A stretch of 64,000 nt of DNA from an uncultured delta proteobacterium. GTDB taxonomy: Bacteria > Desulfobacterota > Desulfuromonadia > Geobacterales > DSM-12255. The stretch covers positions 224,001 through 288,000 of the forward strand of contig CAWBBV010000011.1 in NCBI GenBank assembly GCA_963787125.1, in the 5' to 3' direction. Positions 54,153 to 62,347 of the stretch are shown here, in pieces. The notes beneath the pieces were generated by a model. That model did not search any database. It had not been told where the DNA came from and saw only the letters and a list, made by a program, of their open reading frames with translations. How positions within the stretch are numbered: the first letter of the stretch is position 1; each line of letters begins with the position of its first letter. Made by a program: the position numbers and the translations under genes.

Positions 54153-54251
54153 GTAGAAGCAGTGAGTCACGCAGACAAAGCTAATTTGCGAGGGTCTTAT
54201 GACTCTCATTAAGCCCTGGCAACCGCCCTCCTGGTTACCAGGGCGTTTTTT
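54153..54251 (+). ncRNA. Candidate small RNA (~100 nt)
   Basis: Bounded by its own promoter and an intrinsic terminator; two hairpins; no credible ORF. Confidence 0.6.
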
Positions 54252-54542
54252 ATATACATCTCCGTTACTCCATTTACTTCATTCAAAACAACCACCATGC
54301 TGTCTGCTCCTTATATATCCGGCCTAGGTCAAACTCTCCAGAAGTAAACATAATCCGTAGTTTAAACCGTTGTTTAAATGGAAAGATTGCCGAAATATTT
54401 TCTATTGGAGTGAATGCCCGCTGTCCTGATAACATTCAGCTAACAATCGAAGAAGATTAGTGAAAAACCCCTGATGGCTTATTGCAAACATAACAGGAAC
54501 TGCGGTATACCATTGAAACTCACACGATCTATCGGAGAACCT

Positions 54543-55700
54543 ATGCCAGCCGCACCATTCCGCGAAATTCTCATCCTAGTAGCCGGTTCCACCCCGCAGA
54601 TTATTACCGAAACCATTCAGGCTCTCGCCATGCAGATCCCACCGATCTACATTGATGAACTTTTCATCATAACAACAGCAACCGGCAGGAGACTGATTGA
54701 GCAAAAGCTGCTTCGGGAGGGCATTCTTGCGCAAATGTGCAAAGAGTGGGACATAAAGCCCGTTAAACTGGACAAGAACTCTTTTCATGTCTTCACCGAT
54801 TCCCAGGGGAAACCACTCGAAGATATCAGGAGCGCCGAGGAGAACGAACTTGTCGGCGACCAGCTTGCCGACTTCCTCTGCAATCACGCTTCAGAGCCCG
54901 GAACACGCCTGCACTGCTCCCTGGCAGGCGGTCGCAAGACCATGTCCTTCTACATGGGCACTGCCTTCCAACTTTTTGCCCGCCAGTGGGACAAGCTCTA
55001 TCATGTAATAGTCAGCTCGGATTTCGAAAAAAACCCTTCATTTTTCTATAAGCCAAAGGTAAACCGCACCCTCACCGCCCACTTCCACGACGGCTCAAAC
55101 AAACAGATCAACACGGACGATGCCGAGATTACCTTGACGGAACTGCCACTTATTTATCTGAGAAACAAGCTGACCCTGAGCGGCGGTAAAATCCGGGATA
55201 TGGTGGCCGAAGGGCAGAAGACCATCGATAGCGCCGCCATGCAGCTTCCTGTTCGGGTAGATCTTGCCGAGCGTACCATCTATATAGGCGAGACTTTGAT
55301 AGAGCTCCCCCCTGCCCAACTGGCGCTCTATACCGGTTTCTTGCGCCTGAAAAACGACCCTTGCAAATTCAGCAACAGAAATTACTGCCAGGAGTGCACC
55401 GCTTGCTTTGTACCGGTTGTCGAGATGAGTTCGGAGCCGTTTCTGGAATCCATGGCTGACGATTATCAGGCGATCTATTGCGGCGACATCACGAAACGCG
55501 AAGAGCAGTTGGGAAAGTGGCAAAAGAGCCTGGACGCCAGCAACATGCGTCAGCAGATCAGCAAGGTCAACAAGGTGCTAAAGGAAGAGATTCGGGATGA
55601 AGCGCTGCACCCGTTCTACCTGATCTCCTGTCTGAAAAGGTATGGTGGCAGCCGTTACGGGGTGCGGGTCGAGAAGGGTAAGGTCTGGATTGAGGGGTGA
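54543..55700 (+). CDS. CARF-domain protein of the CRISPR-associated NE0113 (ring nuclease-like) family with a C-terminal wHTH-like region
   Basis: AGSTPQIITET, IITT, LEDIRS..EN, HCSLAGGRKTMSFY, DKLYHVIV, FE.NPSFFY; GGAG SD before ATG 54543. Confidence 0.85.
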   Translation: MPAAPFREILILVAGSTPQIITETIQALAMQIPPIYIDELFIITTATGRRLIEQKLLREGILAQMCKEWDIKPVKLDKNSFHVFTDSQGKPLEDIRSAEENELVGDQLADFLCNHASEPGTRLHCSLAGGRKTMSFYMGTAFQLFARQWDKLYHVIVSSDFEKNPSFFYKPKVNRTLTAHFHDGSNKQINTDDAEITLTELPLIYLRNKLTLSGGKIRDMVAEGQKTIDSAAMQLPVRVDLAERTIYIGETLIELPPAQLALYTGFLRLKNDPCKFSNRNYCQECTACFVPVVEMSSEPFLESMADDYQAIYCGDITKREEQLGKWQKSLDASNMRQQISKVNKVLKEEIRDEALHPFYLISCLKRYGGSRYGVRVEKGKVWIEG

Positions 55701-55707
55701 TCCGCTA

Positions 55708-55753
55708 TTGCGTTGATTCTGTAGTTGCATTACAATCCATAAAAGTAATGCAA
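55708..55753 (+). promoter_or_regulatory. Toxin-antitoxin promoter with overlapping inverted-repeat operator
   Basis: TTGCGT-17-TACAAT overlapped by TTGCATTAC-N11-GTAATGCAA. Confidence 0.65.
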
Positions 55754-55772
55754 TGTAGCAGTGGAGGATGAT

Positions 55773-56018
55773 ATGTCAGAAGCAGCCATAATCACAAGCA
55801 AAGGACAGGTTACGCTACCCAAAGGGATCAGAGCCATTCTGGGGAGCAGGGTTGTGCAGTTTGAGGCAACTGCTGCTGGCATTCTCATCAAGCCGGTGAA
55901 CAGTGTTGCCGGTTCCCTGAGCGCCTTTGCCAGAGGGGAATCAGAGGATTTTACCGCCGTGCGTGATGCAGTCTGGACGGAGGTTGCCGATGAAAAAGAG
56001 CGTCTGCGTCCTGCCTGA
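55773..56018 (+). CDS. AbrB/MazE/SpoVT-family antitoxin
   Basis: ITSKGQVTLPKGIR; GGAGGA SD. Confidence 0.85.
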   Translation: MSEAAIITSKGQVTLPKGIRAILGSRVVQFEATAAGILIKPVNSVAGSLSAFARGESEDFTAVRDAVWTEVADEKERLRPA

Positions 56019-56382
56019 AACCAATGTGCTGCTGCGCTATCTGTTGAACGATGTGCCTGAGCAGTATCAGGAGTCATTTGATTTCTTTGAAAAGGTGCGC
56101 ACCGGAGAAGCCGAGGCGGAACTTCTGGAGAGCGTCATTGTCGAAGCGGTGTACATCCTCACAAAATTCTACGCCGTACCGCGAGCCGCCGCCGCAGAGT
56201 CGCTTCAGGGGGTGCTCCGCTACAAGGGTGTCATCAATGCCGATGGCACCCAGTTGCTGGCTGCGCTGGGGATGTACGCCACCACCTCTTGCGATATAGT
56301 TGATTGCATTCTTGCCGCAAAAGCTTGCGGGAAGGGGCTGTTTACCTTTGAGAAGAAGCTGAGGAAAGCTGTTGAGAACTGA
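55990..56382 (+). CDS. PIN-domain (VapC-like) toxin
   Basis: ETNVLLRYL, VIVEAVYIL, DIVDCIL, TFEKKL; overlaps the antitoxin. Confidence 0.8.
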   Translation: MKKSVCVLPETNVLLRYLLNDVPEQYQESFDFFEKVRTGEAEAELLESVIVEAVYILTKFYAVPRAAAAESLQGVLRYKGVINADGTQLLAALGMYATTSCDIVDCILAAKACGKGLFTFEKKLRKAVEN

Positions 56383-56434
56383 ATCATATGAACAGTAGCA
56401 CTTCTCCAATAACCTTAATTTTCCGGGAGTTGAA

Positions 56435-59359
56435 ATGTCATCAGTCAGTTCTGTGCAAAAAGATTTTTTTGTGTCATACGCCCGTAAAGATAATGAAAAC
56501 GGGTGGATTAAAAGCTTTGTTGAAGAGCTCAAGGTCGAGCACAGTAAATTTACAGCCGGTCGAGAATTAACATGTTTTTTTGACAAAGATGAGATTTATG
56601 CAGGAGCAGATTGGCAGCATAAATTAACTGAAGGAATCAGTAACTCCAAGCTTTTCGTTGCGTTCATATCTCCAAATTACTTTGCTAGTATTGAGTGCCG
56701 CAAGGAGTGGCGTGCCTGGATAGATAACGAAATTGGCAAACATATCCTTACTGCTGGAATGCGGCCTGTCTATATTGTTGAAGTCCCTGGACTGACTGAC
56801 GGGAAAATCTGTGAGGATGAGCTTTCTGCTCAGTTAGCCTCTTTTCTGAAACTTGCAGAAACTGATAGCGCAAGTTTTCTTAGGGAAACGCCCGGCGTGG
56901 TTAAATATTTGCGAAGACGCCAACTGACTCACAATCAGCCTTTCAACGACGTGCAAACCTTTTATTCAGAAGGAGTAGCCGCTCTCAGGCGTAATGACCT
57001 GCGAGAGGTGCTTGACAGGCTGTCTAAAGATCTGGAACTTCACAGTGAGCTGATTGCCAAGGCTGATGCCAGTATAACAACCATTCCCCCATATAACAGG
57101 AACTTTTCAGGCCGTCTCGATGAACTGCTTCATATGCGTAATCTTCTGCTCAAAGATGATCGTACTGGCGTTGTCTATGGTGTGCATGGACTCGGCGGCA
57201 TCGGCAAAACAGAACTTGCTCTTACCTATGCTCATGCCTTTGCCAGCGCCTACCCTGGCGGTCGTTTTCTGATAAGTTGCGACGGTAAAAAAACACTGAG
57301 AGATGCCATTCTGACGCAAAGTGATTTTACCAGCCTGTTTGCTGACCATATCAGTGACGAACAGCGTAAAAACCCTGATGAATACTTTGCCGCAATTCTA
57401 CGGCAACTCGGTCATCGACTGAATAGCCTTGGTCATGTGCTTTTGCTGTTGGACAATGTTACCGACACCGGTCTTCTAAACCGGGAGCAGAGTGATCCTG
57501 TTGCTGCACTCGGTTCAAATCTGCATTTGCTGGCCACTACCCGTTTGCCTGCACCACCTGCAAACAGCCGCAACTGGATCTCTCTCGATAGATTACCAGA
57601 TGAAGCTGCACTTGAACTGCTGGAAAAGCATCGTCCATTTACCGGGGACGAAGACAGGATTGCGGCGGAAGAAATTGTTCGGCAACTTGGAGGTTTTCCC
57701 ATTGCGGTTGAATTGGTAGCTGCCTATCTGGCTGTCCATGAAAGTTCAAGCTACTCCAGGGTAAGTAGTAATATTGGGTTGGCAGGGCTTGAGGAGATGG
57801 CGGGAGATGACGGAGTTGAGCTGCGGCGACATAATCACGAGCGTAGACTGTCTGCGGTTCTTGAGCCGGTTCTGGCAAGTCTCACACCTGCTGAGCGGCG
57901 CTTCATGGAATATATTGCAATGCTGCCGCCGGATCAGGTGCCGCTACCGTGGTTGAAACAGCTGGTAACGCAGGAGTTTCCTGATTTGACAGTGGAAGGT
58001 GGGTTGAAAGATCCGTGGGCAGAAATATGGCTGAAGCTGGAAAAATACTCGCTGATTCGCAGAGCAATAGAGGGGGAAAAAGAACCCCGACTGTTTCGTA
58101 TTCACAGGTTAGTGCAGGAGCTGGTGATTAGGGAAACGTCCAGTGATTTTGCAAAACATTTACAAGATGGTTTGTATAACCTAATTTCAGAGCGTCTTAC
58201 TCTACTTAAGAATGTCGTCCAATGGAAGGAGATGAGTTGGGAACTTGAGCCGCTCATCGCATTAGCAAAATTATGGCCGGATGATGTTGTTTATGTAGCA
58301 CCATTGTTAGCTATCTTAGGTTCGTTTTTGAGCGATTTAGCGCAGTGGGCAGAAGCAGAATCATTACTGAGTCGAGCGCTAGCAATTAGTGAAAAAACAC
58401 AAGGAGTCGAACATCCTGATGTAGCCAAGATATTGTGTATTTTAGTTGGTGTACTGCATCAAACTAACAAACTAGATGAAGCAGCTCCGTTACTTCAACG
58501 CGCATTAGCCATAGAAGATAAATGCAGAGGATCTAACAGTGCCGAGGTTGCCTCAGCTCTGGTAAGAATTGCAAGGATTTCTATAGACACAAATCGGTTG
58601 GACGAGGCCACAATATTAGTCAAACGTGCTCTTGATATATTTGAAAGTAGTATAGGTCTCAACCATCAAGATGCAGCTACAGCTATTAATTGTCTTGCAC
58701 AAATTTGCTTCAGTAAAAATAGAAAGAATGAAGCTGAAATGTATTTTAAAAAATCATTGAAAATTTACGAAGATTGCTTTGGATCATGCCACCGTGAGGT
58801 GGCTACTGGGTTGAATAATCTAGCTACATTCTACCTTGTTTCAAATAAATATGCTGAAGCTGAACCATTGTATAAAAGATCATTGGCAATCAGTGTGAAG
58901 ATATTTGGCATAAAACATCCAGATGTAGCAACAGGGTTAAACAATTTAGCAAGTTTGTATATTAACATTAAGCGATTTAAGCCAGCTGAGAGATTCTTGC
59001 TAAGAGCTCTTGAAATTAATGAGCAAAGTTTTGGCAATGAACACCCATATGTCGCGTCAACATTAAATAGCTTAGGAAGTTTGTACTATTACACGAAGCG
59101 CTTTACAGAAGCAGAACAAATGCTACGGCAAGCACTTTGTCTTTATGAGAAAGTATCGAGTTCTAATATTGAAAGTTGTCAGAAGACCCTTGCGGCAGTG
59201 CTTGTTGAGGTAAACAAAACACCAGAGGCAAACAATATAATCAAACAATTGAATCTTCAAGGGGAAGATTTACACACGAAGCACTTACCTAAAGTTGGTC
59301 GCAACGATCCCTGCCCCTGCAACAGCGGTAAGAAATTCAAAAAGTGTTGTGGGGCGTGA
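56435..59359 (+). CDS. TIR - STAND (NB-ARC-like) NTPase - TPR - SEC-C protein (NLR-like)
   Basis: TIR motifs FFVSYARKD and SPNYFASIECRKE; FSGR; Walker A GLGGIGKT; Walker B LLLLDNV; GGFPIAV; HRLVQE; 42-aa TPRs (HPDVATGLNNLA); C-terminal GRNDPCPCNSGKKFKKCC. Confidence 0.9.
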   Translation: MSSVSSVQKDFFVSYARKDNENGWIKSFVEELKVEHSKFTAGRELTCFFDKDEIYAGADWQHKLTEGISNSKLFVAFISPNYFASIECRKEWRAWIDNEIGKHILTAGMRPVYIVEVPGLTDGKICEDELSAQLASFLKLAETDSASFLRETPGVVKYLRRRQLTHNQPFNDVQTFYSEGVAALRRNDLREVLDRLSKDLELHSELIAKADASITTIPPYNRNFSGRLDELLHMRNLLLKDDRTGVVYGVHGLGGIGKTELALTYAHAFASAYPGGRFLISCDGKKTLRDAILTQSDFTSLFADHISDEQRKNPDEYFAAILRQLGHRLNSLGHVLLLLDNVTDTGLLNREQSDPVAALGSNLHLLATTRLPAPPANSRNWISLDRLPDEAALELLEKHRPFTGDEDRIAAEEIVRQLGGFPIAVELVAAYLAVHESSSYSRVSSNIGLAGLEEMAGDDGVELRRHNHERRLSAVLEPVLASLTPAERRFMEYIAMLPPDQVPLPWLKQLVTQEFPDLTVEGGLKDPWAEIWLKLEKYSLIRRAIEGEKEPRLFRIHRLVQELVIRETSSDFAKHLQDGLYNLISERLTLLKNVVQWKEMSWELEPLIALAKLWPDDVVYVAPLLAILGSFLSDLAQWAEAESLLSRALAISEKTQGVEHPDVAKILCILVGVLHQTNKLDEAAPLLQRALAIEDKCRGSNSAEVASALVRIARISIDTNRLDEATILVKRALDIFESSIGLNHQDAATAINCLAQICFSKNRKNEAEMYFKKSLKIYEDCFGSCHREVATGLNNLATFYLVSNKYAEAEPLYKRSLAISVKIFGIKHPDVATGLNNLASLYINIKRFKPAERFLLRALEINEQSFGNEHPYVASTLNSLGSLYYYTKRFTEAEQMLRQALCLYEKVSSSNIESCQKTLAAVLVEVNKTPEANNIIKQLNLQGEDLHTKHLPKVGRNDPCPCNSGKKFKKCCGA

Positions 59360-59360
59360 A

Positions 59361-61037
59361 ATGAACAGATCTGATCAATCAATTCCTGCTGCCATCCCCT
59401 ACAACATCCGCCTTGGCGTAACCGGCCACCGGACTCTGCATGACGAAGCCGCTCTTGATGCCGCTCTGCAAAGTATCCTCAACTCCGGCTATCTTGACGC
59501 ATTCAGCCCTGAAGCCAGACAATCACTGACTAAAGCTACAAATACCCCCATCTCATTTACCCTCGTCTCCCCCCTTGCAGAAGGGGCTGACAGGCTGGTC
59601 GCCCGTGCTGTGCTGGCTCACGGCGGTTTGCTGGAGGCGCTGCTTCCGATGCCTCGGGTGGAGTATGAAAAGGATTTTGATACTCCAGAATCTCTGGCTG
59701 AGTTTGCCGGTCTGCTCGCCAGGGCTCATCGGCTGGAGACTCTCGACTGTTCCGGCTTGATGGCGGGTGCTGATTATCGCCCCAACGCCTATCGTAACGT
59801 CGGGGTAGAAACGGTTAAGCGCTGCGATATTCTGATTGCCCTGTGGGATGGCAAACCTTCACGCGGTGTGGGGGGGACGGCGGATATTATGGCACTGGCG
59901 CTGGAGCAGCAAAAACCGGTGTTTATCCTCTCCACCGAGCGCATCGGCATGGTGGAGCTGAAAAACGACGGCCAGTTAACTGCCGATTTTATTGAAGAGC
60001 TGGAGAATTTTAACTCCTTCAGGATTGATGATGCGGAGCTGCAAACCGCCTGTGATCGGGACTTCGCAGAAGTTTTCCCGTCACATCTGGCAGAGCGGAT
60101 CCCTGAGCATTTGCAACAGAGCGTGAAGAAGCATCTTATCCCGCCATACAGCCGAGCATCAATAATCGCCGGCAGTCATCAGAAACGCTATAAACAGACC
60201 GGCAAACGCGGCTATCTCTTCTCGACACTGGCAGTCGCTTTCATGGCCTTTGCTGTTATCTTTGCCCGGTATCCGTTTTTCTCTATTCCCGGATATGTTG
60301 CTGAACTCTGCCTTTTGATTGCCCTGTACCTGATGATTCATCGTGCGGAGCATGCCAGGGTGCATCCGGGTTGGCTGGAAAACCGGGCGCTTGCCGAACG
60401 GTTGCGAACCGCCTTTTATTTTGTGGCCTGCGGCGAATCGCCGGAACATACTCTGAAAGGGCGCTCCATCTACCTTCGCAGCCAAAGCTGGGTTGATCTG
60501 GCCTACCACGGAATACTCTCAAATCTTCCTCAACTCGCCAAAACTGATGCCGATAAGGTGCGACCATATCGCCAGTTTATCGATGCTGCCTGGCTACAGG
60601 GACAGATTGACTATCACGGAAAAAATGCAGCCAAACTGAGCAGAAAGAATGACAACCTGAAAAGCTGCGGAATGTGGTGTTTCAAGTTTGCCATCGTCAT
60701 CTCCTCTATTCATCTAGGCTTTTCGATTTTCGGTGTTACAACCGGACATCATCCGGAGGGGGCGCTGCTCTTGTCTGAAGAGCTGCTTTCAATCATTGCC
60801 ATTACCCTGCCAGCGGCTGGCGCGGCTTTTGTCGGCTATCGCTCGCTTCTGGAGCAGTCACGGATTGCCGCCCGCAGCAGAGCCATGGTGTATCACCTGA
60901 CGCGCATCAGTCAGCAGCCTTTGGGTGATGCCGCCGGACTGCGCCGTTATCTGGATAAGATTCAGGAGATCATGCTGATTGAGTCGGAAGACTGGCTGGC
61001 GCTAATGGAGCATGCTGAACTGGAGAAGATTGCATGA
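59361..61037 (+). CDS. SLOG-like nucleotide-binding domain fused to a 4-TM tandem SLATT-like domain
   Basis: LGVTGHR, SPLAEGAD, LIALWDG...GGTAD; TM pairs flanking WLENRALAERLR and WLQGQIDYH. Confidence 0.78.
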   Translation: MNRSDQSIPAAIPYNIRLGVTGHRTLHDEAALDAALQSILNSGYLDAFSPEARQSLTKATNTPISFTLVSPLAEGADRLVARAVLAHGGLLEALLPMPRVEYEKDFDTPESLAEFAGLLARAHRLETLDCSGLMAGADYRPNAYRNVGVETVKRCDILIALWDGKPSRGVGGTADIMALALEQQKPVFILSTERIGMVELKNDGQLTADFIEELENFNSFRIDDAELQTACDRDFAEVFPSHLAERIPEHLQQSVKKHLIPPYSRASIIAGSHQKRYKQTGKRGYLFSTLAVAFMAFAVIFARYPFFSIPGYVAELCLLIALYLMIHRAEHARVHPGWLENRALAERLRTAFYFVACGESPEHTLKGRSIYLRSQSWVDLAYHGILSNLPQLAKTDADKVRPYRQFIDAAWLQGQIDYHGKNAAKLSRKNDNLKSCGMWCFKFAIVISSIHLGFSIFGVTTGHHPEGALLLSEELLSIIAITLPAAGAAFVGYRSLLEQSRIAARSRAMVYHLTRISQQPLGDAAGLRRYLDKIQEIMLIESEDWLALMEHAELEKIA

Positions 61038-62347
61038 ACACTTTTATCGATAACCTGCGTCAGGAAGTGCTCTCCTGCTCCATCAGCGGGGTGAAACTTC
61101 AGAATGACCTGCGCAAGATTTCAAAGGTGTACTCAGTGGGGGCAACCGAGGCGGTTGTCTTCTACTCCGCCCGAATTCTTGAAGCTGTTATGAAGGATGC
61201 CCATCTCCGTTTTTTCGGGGATGATGGCGCGAGCAAACAGGATAAGTCGAGTTCCCTCGTTGACATGGAAAAGCGTCTCTATGAGTACAATCAATTGCCG
61301 CAGCAGGCATATTATTGGTCTGAGGGGCTCCGTCTTCTTGGCAATGATGTGCGGCATACGCTGCGCAACATTGGCAGTGACGAAGCAGATTGCGCGCTGT
61401 TGTTTCTTGAGTTTATTCTCAAATGGTATTTCTGTGACTTCCCTTTGGGGGCACGGCAACCGGCCATCTACAAAATGCAGGCAGGTTCCGGACGCAAGCA
61501 GGGGCAACTTCTGCTTGATCTTGCCTGGGAGCTTGGGCGAAGCAAGCCGGATAAGAGCAGACTTTTGGTTATATTCGGCAGCCAAAAGCAGGAGTACTTG
61601 GCGGCGTTTTCCAAAAATCTTGCCTTGCCGATACTGATGCTGGAAATGTTCATTGATTCCGCCGATCACTCTTCGGCGGTGCAGCTTGTTGAAACCTTAA
61701 CGCCTTATATCCGGAGGACGAAAGGTGCTTTGGCGGGACGATTTAAGCAACTGAAGGCACTTGTGTTTAGACGTATGAATAGGCTGGACGATGCACTCAA
61801 AGTAATTGAACCGACCTATAATAAGCAGCTTGCAGAGCATCCCCGCTGGATTGAAGATGAAACTGCCGGTATTCTAGCCGGTATTTACAAGGGTTTCTGG
61901 GAGCAGCAACAGGATTCAGGTTTTCTTGCTAAGAGCCATGCGACCTACTTGCGTGGCTGGAAGCTGAACAAAAACCCGTATCTTGGGATAAATGCCGCGA
62001 CCACAGCGCTCTGGCTCGAAAAACCAGCGGAATCAGCTTCTATCTCCAAGGAAGTGAGAACTGTCCTTGAAAAACGGCAGCGCCTGATCCGGCAGAAAAA
62101 CGGCGACAAGTTCGATTTGAGTTACTGGGATCTGGTGACACTTGCAGAAGCCTGTCTACTGCTGAAGGAGCTGGATAAAGCTACGGAGCTGTATGACCTT
62201 GCGTTCTCCCGACACAGCAGTGAAAAAGGGCGTGTTGGCGCAACCCAAAAGCAGTTTGCCGGGCTTGCAAAAAAACTGATGTCAGGGGCTGCGTTGAGTG
62301 AATTTATTCAGAAAGTCGGGGTGAATGATGAAAGCTCGCATCAGTGA
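61034..62347 (+). CDS. DUF4145/HEPN-like N-terminal domain plus DUF4071 (TRAF-binding/TPR-S)-like repeats
   Basis: ARILE...LRLLGNDVRH; ETAGILAGIYK, YLGINAATTAL, YWDLVTLAEACL; ATGA overlap with the upstream gene. Confidence 0.7.
   Translation: MNTFIDNLRQEVLSCSISGVKLQNDLRKISKVYSVGATEAVVFYSARILEAVMKDAHLRFFGDDGASKQDKSSSLVDMEKRLYEYNQLPQQAYYWSEGLRLLGNDVRHTLRNIGSDEADCALLFLEFILKWYFCDFPLGARQPAIYKMQAGSGRKQGQLLLDLAWELGRSKPDKSRLLVIFGSQKQEYLAAFSKNLALPILMLEMFIDSADHSSAVQLVETLTPYIRRTKGALAGRFKQLKALVFRRMNRLDDALKVIEPTYNKQLAEHPRWIEDETAGILAGIYKGFWEQQQDSGFLAKSHATYLRGWKLNKNPYLGINAATTALWLEKPAESASISKEVRTVLEKRQRLIRQKNGDKFDLSYWDLVTLAEACLLLKELDKATELYDLAFSRHSSEKGRVGATQKQFAGLAKKLMSGAALSEFIQKVGVNDESSHQ

Noticed and set aside
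54153..54251. Possibility that the candidate sRNA is 6S, SRP RNA or a c-di-GMP/GEMM riboswitch
   Set aside because: It is too short for 6S, lacks the SRP CAGG-GNRA-AGCA motif, and lacks the GEMM GGCAAAC/GCAAAG two-stem arrangement.
54481..54519. ATTGCAAAC...ATTGAAAC segment resembling a single CRISPR repeat upstream of the CARF gene
   Set aside because: No second copy or spacer periodicity is visible. It is better explained as a promoter (TTGCAA-18-TATACC).
59295..59360. Extended N-terminus of the SLOG-SLATT ORF overlapping the SEC-C tail
   Set aside because: ATG 59361 immediately after the upstream stop is the more plausible, coupled start.
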